A stretch of DNA of 64,000 bases from Felis catus (taxonomy: Eukaryota): the NCBI RefSeq assembly GCF_018350175.1, contig NC_058368.1, positions 40,550,001 through 40,614,000 on the forward strand, read 5' to 3'. The notes beneath the pieces were generated by a model, which saw only the letters and a program-made list of their open reading frames with translations, ran no database searches and had not been told where the DNA came from. A program made the position numbers and the translations under genes. This document shows, one piece after another, positions 13,709 through 24,688 of this stretch (within the stretch, counting starts at the first letter, position 1; each line of letters starts with the position of its first letter).

Positions 13709-13920
13709 CTTTTTTTTTTTAATGTTTACTTATCTTTATTTTGAGAGAGAGAGAGAGGGAGCGGGAGAGGAGCATAGAGAGACAGAGAGAGAGAATTCCA
13801 AGCAGGCTCCATGCTGTCAGGACAGAGCTAGACATGGAGCTTGGTCTCAGGATCATGAGATCATGACCTGAGCTAAAATCAAGAGTCAGATCCTTATCTG
13901 ACTGAGCCACCCAGGTGCCC
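13709..13920 (-). mobile_element. CanSINE
   Basis: SINE body with TSD TATCTCTTGT at 13699-13708 and 13921-13930. Confidence 0.9.
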
Positions 13921-14184
13921 TATCTCTTGTTTTTTTGATGTTAGCCATTTTAAAAGGTGTGAAGTGATGCCTCACTGTACTTTTGATTTGCATTTCCCCA
14001 ATGATTAGTGATGTTGAACATCTTTTCATGTGCTTGTTGGCCATTTGCATGTTTTATTTGGAAAAAGTGTCTATTCACTTCCTCTGCCAATTTTTTAATT
14101 AGATTGCTTTTTTTGTTTGTTATTGAGTTGTATGAGTTCTTCATATATATTGGATATTATCATCTTATTAGATACATAGTTTGC

Positions 14185-14400
14185 GGGGCACCTTGGTGGC
14201 TCAGTTGATTAAGCATCTGACTTGGGCTCCCGTCATGATCTTGTGGTTCGTGGGTTCAGGTCCTGCATTGGGCTCTGTGCTGACAGCTCAGAGCCTGGAA
14301 CCTGCTTCAGATTCTGTGTCTCCCTAACTCTCTGCCCCCCACCCCGCCGCTCGCTCTCTCTCTCTCAAAAATGAATAAACATTAAAAACATTAAAAATAT
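14185..14400 (+). mobile_element. CanSINE
   Basis: SINE body with TSD ATA(C/T)ATAGTTTGC at 14172-14184 and 14401-14413. Confidence 0.92.
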
Positions 14401-14494
14401 ATATATAGTTTGCAAATATTTTCTTTCATTGTGTAGGTTGCCTGCCTTTGTTTGTTTTTTTTTTAATTAATTCTTTTGCTATGTAGTAGTTTTT

Positions 14495-15225
14495 TATTTT
14501 ATTTTTTATTTTTTTGTTTTTAGGTTATTAATCCTCTCCTGAAAAATCTGCACAATCACCACAGATAGTCATTGCAGAATCTTTTCTTTTTAAATTTTTT
14601 TAACGTTTATTTATTTTTGAGACAGAGAGAGACAGAGCATGAATGGGAGAGGGTCAGAGAGAGAGGGAGACACAGAATCCAAAACAGGCTCCAGGCTCTG
14701 AGCGGTCAGCACAGAGCCCGATGCGGGGCTCGAACTCACGGACCGCGAGATCATGACCTGAGCTAAAGTCGGACGCTTAACCGACTGAGCCACCCAGGCG
14801 CCCCAAGAATCTTTACTCCTTTTTGTCGGCATCAACATTGGCTTTTGCAGTCCCCCTGCCTTTCTTCATTCTGTTCTTGGATTCCTTTTGCTGTTTTTCT
14901 GACAACTTTTTCTTCTCATACAGGCCATGTCTTGCAAGTCTGTGTTTGTGTTTGTTTTTCTTTGCATAGTCCCAGGAATCATAAATCATGGCAGAGCCAG
15001 TTGTCTTGCCACCACCAAAATGGGTTCTGAATCCACATATAAAGATGACATCTTTATGGTGTGTGGTCTTGTACATTTTGGCTAATTTTTCCCGAATTTC
15101 TGTCTTAGGTACTGTTGCTTTCTGGGGTAAAGAACATCAATGCCCATCTGTTTCCGCTGAAGTAGTCAGTGTTCATGAACTTACTGGTCTGGATAGTTAT
15201 GTGTCATTCATGATGACGGCCGAGC
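14495..15225 (-). pseudogene. RPS24: Processed pseudogene of 40S ribosomal protein S24 (eS24)
   Basis: ATG AAT GAC ACA at 15211. Translation includes [31 protein letters not shown] and [14 protein letters not shown]. Intronless with frameshifts; stop at 14813-14815; 3'UTR and poly(A) at ~14495-14575; diverged 16-bp TSD at 14479-14494 and 15226-15241. Confidence 0.95.
14585..14805 (-). mobile_element. CanSINE inserted at the RPS24 retrocopy stop codon
   Basis: CpG-rich SINE body with TSD AGAATCTTT at 14576-14584 and 14806-14814. Confidence 0.94.
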
Positions 15226-16479
15226 CTATGCAGAAGCTTTTCATTTTGATGTAGTCCCATTTGTTTATTTTTTGCTTTGTTGCTTGTGCTTTTGGGATCA
15301 TACCCCAAAAAAATATCATTGTCAAGGTCGGTGTCAATGAGGTTTCTTTTCTATGTTTTCTCTTAGAAGTTTTATGATTTTAGACAGTTTTCTTGCTATT
15401 AGCATCTTAATGATTTAAATTCATCAGTGAGGAACTGGTTAGCTAATTTGTAGTCTATTCAGTAGATGACCCCAAAGGGCTTATGTGACAGTTTCCCCAA
15501 GTTATATTATTAAGCCATGATATAAGGTTTCCATTGTATACAATTAAACCATTTTTGAAAAGATTAAATGTGTTGGCAGATGTGTGAAATTTTTTGAACA
15601 TTCATATGAATATTCTTAATTCATAATGACTTTAGGAATGTGACTGGGGATGTATAGGCACATGGTAAAAATCAGGGAATATATTGTTATTGAGATGTCT
15701 ATAAGTTTTATAAAGTTTAGAGTTATAGTTTATCGAAAATACCTTTCCATCACAAAGTGACCAAAATGTTTCACTTTTATATGCATATATCAGATAAAAA
15801 ATGTTTGATTATGAAACTCTTTATTTAAAACTACTATCATTAATATGCATTTATTGAATTATAATGCATAAAACAAATAGCTGTCAAACATGTTTGAAGG
15901 ATGGTGTAGACCGTTTGGTAAGTCCCAAAGTATATTGTTGAAAATTGTGAACAAAAGAGTTTACTTTTTGGCCAAATGTTAGTACAGTTTCAAAGATAAG
16001 TGTCAGTTTTAGTGAATTAAGAGGATAAGTATGAAGACTTCATTAAATATTACTGCTAGACTTGCATGAAAAATTCATTTTAAATGCTGCTTAATTTTAA
16101 ACATTTAAAAAATCATTTTCACTAAGTTTAGGGACTAAGAAATTCATCCCTGATGGGCTGCAGCAACTATTTATGCAGTTAAGGCCTTTTAAAAAATAGA
16201 ATTCACAGTAGATATTTGTTCTATCCAGTTGATAGGCTTCAGAAAGGACTAAATTACCATAAGTTGCACTTGTATTCTAGACACTGCTTGCACTGGCTTC
16301 CCAGAGCAATTGTGCATCTCTTCCCAATGTCATATTCACTAATGACTCTTTGGTAGCTTAAAATCAACTGAGGTGGAGGCACTTACACAAAATTTGATCA
16401 TGCTAGAAATCAGGGCTCTCCCCATTGCTCCTTGAGAAGTTTCTTAAACATTTACTTGTCCACAACAGATTAAACTGTG

Positions 16480-16692
16480 ATCAAGCATAGAATTTGGAAT
16501 CACACACCACAGCTTTGGGTCCAAGTTTCACCACTTGGGAGCGGGGTTGCCTTTGCTAGATCAAAGTTGTCATTTCCTTAACAGGAATAGAGGAATATAA
16601 CATACTTAACATTTTGGCTTTTTCAAGGATTCAGTAAGAAATATATGTAATATGTTTAAGTTAGGGTCTGTCACACAGTAAGGTCTGAATAT
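16480..16692 (+). mobile_element. MIR-like relic
   Basis: TTTGGAATCACAC, GGGTCCAAGTTTCACCACTT and CACACAGTAAG. Confidence 0.45.
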
Positions 16693-18962
16693 AATTTATT
16701 TAATTTACTCATACAACCACCTTTTCTCACATTTAGTCAAACTGCCTTGTTTTTCTATTGGAGTAACACATGTGTACACACACTCAGTGTAAGAAATAGA
16801 GGGAATAGACCACTAATTATCTAACAGTTAATATTCATACCTTTTAACTGCTGAAAATGTCACCTTTTACATCACTCATGACAATTTACATCTTTGCAGA
16901 TGATCATTGCTAGGAGAGGAAAGGACCCATCAAGTCCTTTTGGTTCCTGTTAGCAATGTTGTCCACTTTAGATCCTTCTAGTTATAAATTGCAGTAATTT
17001 GGAATGAGCTGTTCCTGTGTAATTTTTAACATGGGAAAGGATTATTAATGTAGACTTACTTATCCACTGTTTATTTACTGGTATCCAGGAGAGGACCGGC
17101 CCGATGGCTTTGGCAGTGAATAGGGAGCCCTGAGTCCAAGAAACATGATATTAGAAGATATAGTGAGGTTTAAAAAATTATTGAATACCAAGTAAGGCAA
17201 CATTTGTTAGTCAAAAATGTACGTGCATGGTATTGAAATTACTATGTTAAATTGTTGTGTGATGTAAATATACTCAAATCATTTGTACTTCAAAATTATA
17301 ACCAATTTTAGAAAAGACACTCTTTGAAGAACATATTTCAAGTTTTTAAATGTGATGGTCTTTTTTCCCTCATTTCTTGGCCTTGAGATGCTGGATATAA
17401 TTAATATAATACCTGATTACATTTTGATGATGTCAGAAAAGTATACCTTTGAACTGATTTGTTTATATGTTTTATGTAAAACTCAGAATTTTGCTTTCAA
17501 TACAGAAGTCCTTAATTTCTCCATAATATAAATCATGAAATACCTCTGCACCCATTATTTAACACAATAGAGTATGAAATTATTAAACTGTGGCAGTATT
17601 TTTGTAGAAAAGAGTTAATGCAACTCATAGTCTTTTCCTATACTCTCTCTCCTTTATGTGCCACTACAGAGCCAGCAGCTGAGCCATACAAAGGGAATGT
17701 CTGACAGATAAAGTACACAGATGCTAAGGTCTGGAATACATTTTTTAGCATTAACATCTGTGTCTGTGCAAAGCTCTTGGCTGCTTTCTTCATTTGATGC
17801 TTGGATGGGGCTCTTAGGTCTGTTGACTTCATTGCTAAATGTGCTCATATCTGTGCAGCAGGCTCTAATGACCTGCTGAGGAAATCAACTATTGATAAAC
17901 TAGTTGAAAAGTCCTGATCCTGGGAACTCGTTGGTTTTGTTCCCCTAAGTGACTTGTGTTCACAGGAATTTGACCCCGTTTAATGAAAAGCATCTTAAAT
18001 AAAATCATCCACAAATTTCACGTAGAGATAAAGGAAGGACATAAATTACTCTTAAATAAGATAGTCCTGAATCAATTTTATATGTCTTTGGATGATCCTT
18101 TTCACACTGCTTCAAAAATAAATTTGTATAAACCAATATTTTCAGTACTAGGAAATTAATTTTTAATTCCTTGAGAAATAAAATTCAGGCAACTATGTTC
18201 TGAAGGGATTTATTTTCACTATTATTAGAAAATCATACATATCACTTTGGAAGATACAGGAAGTATATTCCCAAATTTTCAACAAATCTCAAACATTGAT
18301 TCAGTTCACCTAATTAGATCATATAAAAGCCAAGTGATTCTCATTATAGTAAAAAAAAAAGTACGTTTAAATGCATTTATAAAAATAGATAAATATGCAA
18401 TTTCTATACATATTTTACTAGAATGTAAATATTGTAATGAAAAACACAAATATTTCTTAAAAAAACAAATATTTCTTTAAAATTTGGTATTTCTAAATTA
18501 TGTGCTATATAATAGTATTTATCAAAAGATCTTATCTTTTCCGGAGAAATATTTCCGGGATAATTTATTCTTAAATGTTTAACTGCTACCTGGTTTTGTA
18601 TTCAAAACAAATGAAAACTTCACTTAATGTTTCTTGTGTGCTTTTGTATTTTCTACTTCCTTCTTTAAAATAGTAAACTGAGTTTTACAGATTTTGTTAG
18701 GATTTTGGAATAATGATCATAAAACAAAAATAATATAAAGATAAAACAATACACACACAAACACACACACAGGAGCTTATCTGTTATCTGGATCAATTTC
18801 CCAGTAAGGATACAACTCTGATTTTGTTTTTGTTATATCCCACAGATGTAACAGACTTTGGAAATAATTTTATATATGTTAAAGATAAAGATTGGTATTA
18901 ACATGCACTTGGTTCTTCTGAACACACATCCCTACCATAATTTCACTTAAAGTGCATGTAAA

Positions 18963-19170
18963 TGCAGAGAACAATCTGAGGGTTGATGGAGGGGTTTTGG
19001 ATGGCAGAATGGTCTGGATGGGTGATTAGGGGCATTAGGGAGGGCACTTGTTGGGATACCCACTGGGTGTTATAGGTAGGTTATGGACCACTAAGTTCTA
19101 CTCCTGAAATCATTATTACATTATATGTTAACTAACTTGGATTTAAATAAAATTTAAAAAAATTAAAAAT
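18963..19170 (+). mobile_element. Very short carnivore L1 3' end
   Basis: 3'UTR GAGAACAA.CTGAGGGTTGATGG...AATAAA; TSD AAAGTGCATGTAAA at 18949-18962 and AAGGTGCATTTAAA at 19171-19184. Confidence 0.8.
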
Positions 19171-21462
19171 AAGGTGCATTTAAAATACTCTTTTGTTATT
19201 TTTCTAATCTACATTAAAAAAAAAAACATATTAAGTGGCATTTTGTATACCTTACTCTAGTCTCCAAAGACTAATTATGCTTTAGCTTTAGTGCTATTCC
19301 AATGGGTTTTTGTGTGCTTAGGTTGTTTGAAAATATTGTCTTCCAAAGTGTGGAGGAATCATTTGGATGACATTGTAAGCTCCTGATGCCAAGCTGGGAA
19401 ATTTTCTTCCAAAGACAGCATCTGGTTCTTTGGCAAATCTGTTGGTGGTTTTTCTGTACCTCTAGGTCTGTTATATGGCTGGCTGCTTTTGAGGACTGTT
19501 TTCTACTTTACTGAAATGAAGGACTGTATAAATCACTGAAACATTCTGTGATGTTGATTTAAGTACTAGCTTAGAAACTAAGGCTCCATATATGAGATAA
19601 GCATAACATTGATGTCTGTACGCTGATATACTCTCAGGAACATCTGTTTCTGCAAATGCCTGGGACGGCCTAAATGTGCAAGATGAATAAGCGTATTATG
19701 TGTTCAATGGAAAAAATATTTTACAGTCATTGATATTGTTTGAGAATTTATTCTTCACTCATTCCGAAGTTAATTAATTGAGAAGTACCAAGCAGAAGGT
19801 ACTGTTGAGAATCTGCTATTTCTTCTGGCAAAGCTATTGATGACTTGAGTAGAAAAACTTTCCTGTGATGTGAGGTAATACTGAAGCATATTTTTGTGTT
19901 TTCCAAAAATACCATATTTGAATAACGAGTCTTTAGAATACAGAATTCATAATCAACAGCAGTTATAAGGCAGGATGATTTTTCTTTCTGGGTAATTATA
20001 AGTAATGTAATTCACTAATTTCTGCCATAATGATGAATAAGAGGGTGTACAAAGTAAAAGTTAATTTATTACAATGTGTTCTCCCTTTTTTATGCTAGTT
20101 AACTCTTGCTGAGTTAAAAAAAATTTATTGAAAACCCCTTAGATTCCCTTATTAATTCACTCTATATGTGTTTGTTCAGTGTTTTATATTTACCAGAAAC
20201 TATTCTAAGTCCTGGGGATACAAACTCAAATACCAACCCAAGTTAAAGGGACTTGTACTAGGCAAGACTGATGCAGAGCTTGGAAAATAAAGGAACTTCT
20301 AGAGAGGATGGCTGCAAACAGAAATTACATAACATAGTAAGCAAAAAGATACGGTTTGATTGTTACAGAATCATAGATGAACAGCTTATTTTTCCTTGAT
20401 AAGTCAGGGAAGATTTTAGTGAGGAAGTTCTGTTTCACCTGAGTCTTAGTAATGATTCAGAGGTTTTTAAGAAAAAGCAAAAAAGTGTATTGATACAACA
20501 TTCCAGAAAGTTGGAAAGGCAAGTAATAAAGGATAGGAGTTGTGAGACTTTATGGTGTTTTTAGAGAAGCTCAGTTTTCATGCATATATCCCTCCCTGCA
20601 TGAGAGGATTAGCAATTGCCAGTGGAAAAGATGGCATAAATTTGAACTTAACGTAGACAAGATCGGAAGCCAGAGCCTCACCAGCTGGAAAGATAAAAAA
20701 AAAAAAAAAAACACAATTATAATTTAATATCAAATGTCCTGTGGGAGACACTTGGATGTTTAACTCAGTTTCCTTCTTATCACTTGCTGTCTTCCACAAA
20801 CATGAGAATATGTAGTTGTACACCCTTTGGAAAGGGTCGTTTTTCTTAAGGAACAAAAAAGCAATATTGAAAGGTGCATTCTTAGTAACAATGCAATCTT
20901 GGCTAAGTCTTTTAAAGTCTCTGGGCTATGGCTTCCTCATTTGGGAAGTCAGTGTAATAATAGTAGTTCGTGGGGTATATTATGAAAATTAAATTAATAG
21001 ATATGTATAAGAATACTTTTAATATAGCACATACCTAATGAACATTATTTTATTATTTTTCCTGCCATCTGAAATCTATGTCTGAGTTCATAATCCAGCA
21101 TATGCCAAATTTTGTATTAAGTCTCTTCTGTTTCCTTACATGATCTACTGGGATGCTCTAGTCTGTTATCTTGGATTTTCTATCATGGGTTTTGTCTTGA
21201 ATCAAGCTAAAATTTATCTTGTACAGCACAGGGACTAATATCCTTATCTTCCTGATCCATTACCCAGACACCTTCCAAACTACTCACAGCTTCCCACATT
21301 GGTCATTCCAATACTTTGATAGCTTAATGTAAGCTAACAATGTTAAGAAATGATACTTCTAAAATTTAAATCATTTATAAAATTAAATAAGGCCTTATCA
21401 AACAAAATAATAAAATGAACATATAGTGGGGTAAATAGTACAGTTTTAGTAGCAACAACAAT

Positions 21463-21466
<4 letters not shown>

Positions 21467-21511
<45 letters not shown>
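21467..21511. repeat. (GA)n microsatellite
   Basis: Direct reading. Confidence 0.95.
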
Positions 21512-21514
<3 letters not shown>

Positions 21515-21821
21515 CAAGAGCGAGAGGGAGAGAAAGGGAGAGAAAGAGAGAGATAGCCAGGAACTTAAAATGTGTTGTAACTCTTTGGAGAAATCATAAA
21601 ACTATAGAGAGGCAAGGAAGATATCTTAAATAAATAGGCATTCCAATTATAGTCTTGAATGAAAAATAATAATATGAAGATAAGAATCAGTGTATAAAAT
21701 GAATGTAACCTAAGCTATATTCAGCCAGGTTTTGTGTGAGTGTATAACTTGACTAAAGGATTTTGTAGTTCATCTGGAAACATTTACATGAAGGTTTTGA
21801 AAAATAAGAGAGTTCATAATA

Positions 21822-21844
21822 TGTGTGTGTGTGTGTGTGTGTGT
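21822..21844. repeat. (TG)n microsatellite
   Basis: Direct reading. Confidence 0.9.
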
Positions 21845-21865
21845 ATTTAATCCACATTTGCATTT

Positions 21866-22560
21866 GGTAGAGTTGTTGTTTAACTGTCCCCAATTCTTTG
21901 CTTCTCTCTTTATCCATGACCTTCGTCATTTAACCTGCCAGTCTGGCATTGGGCCCAGCCATAAATTCCTTTGTTCTTAAAAGATGTAGCAAAGTAAAAA
22001 CTTGAAAAAGCATTTCGTGGTTTTATTTGAATTCTTATGCATCTGAAATCACCAAAACACCATGCCTGAGCTAGGCTGCTGGAGGATGAGGGACATGGGG
22101 AGACAAACTAGCCAAATTTCTTCCAGCTAAAGCCAACCAAAACCAGTCAGTAGTGAGCCTCACTAATCATACAAATCAGTTTAGCTTAGGTGATAAAAAT
22201 CTACTCGGTGGAGTTCTGCCAGAATTGATGACCACCACACTTATAAGCTAAATAAGTGTAGTTTATATTGATGCAGTCTTGTTTGCCATATGCAGCATAA
22301 TTATGATATAGATATTGCTACCAGGGATCGCATGCTGTGGCAGCAAAACACACAATTTGTAGATAAAAGGGGTGGGTAGGAACATGCAGCAGATGAAGAG
22401 GATATTATTGTATAAAGATGGAAAGTGTGGGACAAAATATTATGAAAGCTTGAAGAAAGAGTAAGAAAACTGGTATTTAATGATAGGAAAATAGTGACCC
22501 ATGTTATGCATTGACAAATTTTTTGGTAAAACTGACAGAAGGTAGACATGGACGTGAGCA
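21866..22560 (+). mobile_element. Old MLT1-type LTR with probable internal fragment
   Basis: Weak resemblance to recalled MaLR LTR (GCTGGAGGATGAG, TATGCAGCATAA) and internal sequence. Confidence 0.35.
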
Positions 22561-24688
22561 AAGGGATTTCCAAAAAGAATATACCTCCTTCATGCAAATC
22601 TGTTTCCTGGGAACAATGACTAATGGCATTGGTTAAATTTATAATGGTAAATTTACATGCTATGATATGATGAAGTATTGGAATTAATGTGAAAATAGAG
22701 ATTACAAAATCCTTATGTTGTAGTATCCCATTTTGGTGGACTAATACTATTTGACAAAGGAAGAGAATTAAAGGCAGCGAAACGGCCTTGGCATGCACTG
22801 CCATGAACTGACTGTCCTTTTCAGTCCCAGCAGGTACTCATGCCATCGCTTGCTCTCATTGACATTCTCATGGGTTTTTCAGATTACGGAATATTCACAT
22901 TAAATATTTGGATGTATTTGAAAGATTGGCTGAACTGGACACCTCATAAAAGAACTGAGAAAAACATGAAATGTATTCATTTTTGTTGAATTTCTATATA
23001 TTGTTTAATTTTATAGTACCCATAGATATAGTTGAAAGACTCAGCTCTGAAATTTAAATAACTGAGTTTGAATTATATATCTGCCTTTATAGACTTTATG
23101 AAATCTGAGTATAATAAACATTCAAGTTCTCTTCGTGGATGAAATGGGCATTATAATGTCTATTATTTTAAGGTACTGCAAAGAATAATTCAGGATTGCA
23201 TAAACATTTTTTGGTATGTGTTAATATTACTACAGAAGTTAACGTGGATATATAGATGGGAAAAAGGTGGATCATAGAAAGACATAAACATACCTTCCTA
23301 TAGAAAAAGAGTGAGATAAAAATGAAGTAATTACACCAATAACTAACTGATCTTGCTTTTCTGATCAATTACATGTGAATAGTTTTCACTTCAAATAAGA
23401 AAAATCCATCATTTTATCTTTAATTTGAACACCAAAGTTACTGTGGCCAAGTCCTTATTGTCCTAGCAGTAATTAATTTTTGTATTGAAGTTTCTCTGAA
23501 TTCAGAAAGGCTTCAAAGTTCAGAAGATGAAAATTATGGATGAGATAAACAAAATTCAAGTACACTAACCCTACCGTATTAATCATTTCCCACATGTCTT
23601 GAAATAATGTGACCTGTCTTCATTGTGAGACTGATGTGTAGGGATTTATTAAGATCCCTATTATACAAGTATCAATTCATTTGGATTTATAATTTTTTTC
23701 TGGAATGATGCTTCAGTGAAAGAAGAACCTAGCAATTTTATCTAATCTCACTACAGTATTTGATATTTGCTTAGCAGAAAACATAAGTTTCAATATGATA
23801 GGAAAAATGATGAATTAAATAATATAATTTAATTTAGAAAATAATAATCTTCTTTTATTGATATGCACTTTCAAATATCCTTTTTTGTATATATGCCTTC
23901 TTTTTAAATACTGAGTAATATGCACATCATCCTTTTAGTTTTTGTGTATAGCAACTTCAGGGATTAAAGTGACCTATTGTTTTACTTCAGTGAGTTTATT
24001 GGATGAGATTACAAGAGCAAAAAATATAATTTTATTTTTACTTGGCAAAATAAGTGCATTAATTTAGTTTGCAAACCATTTCATAAAATATCCTTTAATA
24101 AAATTGTGTTCCCTTGAGAAATATGAAAACCTGAACATAAGAATATTTAAGACCTCAAATTTAAGGTAATTATAACTTTTCAGTGTTTTTTAGTAGCAAA
24201 TGTATTAAAGATCATTGTGTTATTAAATCTATTCAATATAAAAATCTTTAAACATACATATACTTTATAAAAATACTCATGATTTTTTAAATGTTTCTGC
24301 TAACATTATTTAATATTGAAAAAAGATGAAAAATTGAAATATTTTCAGATGTTTAATGAAAATATGTGATTAATGAAACTTCACTGGATCTAAAACTTAA
24401 AATTCTATTTTTGTATTTTTATCTTATAATTATTTTAAATATTGTTTATTTTTTATTTTTTTTATATATGAAATTTATTGACAAATTGGTTTCCATACAA
24501 CACCCAGTGCTCATCCCAAAAGAAGCCCTCCTCAATACCCATCACCCACCCTCTCCCCCCTCCCACCCCCCGTCAACCCTCAGTTTGTTGTCAGTTTTTA
24601 AGAGTCTCTTATGCTTTGGCTCTCTCCCACTCTAACCTGTTTTTTTTTTTTTTTCCTTCCCCTCCCCCATGGGTTCCTGTTAAGTTTC

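Larger units (their letters stand above)
13290..15385 (-). mobile_element. Old L1 3' ORF2 fragment hosting the RPS24 retrocopy and SINEs
   Basis: Degenerate ORF2 C-terminal sequence (e.g. KCPPLDEQIK, KNDILPSAITWTELEG, NRHFF) resumes on both sides of each insertion. Confidence 0.85.

Noticed and set aside
14813..15076. 87-aa RPS24-like ORF as an expressed retrogene
   Set aside because: The N-terminus is broken by an early frameshift/stop, there are many substitutions in a highly conserved protein, and no promoter or 5' TOP tract is evident.
22301..22804. 167-aa minus-strand ORF, the longest non-L1 ORF
   Set aside because: It has no recognisable motif, its I/L/F/S/H-rich composition is expected from the antisense of A-rich DNA, and it overlaps a probable MaLR relic.
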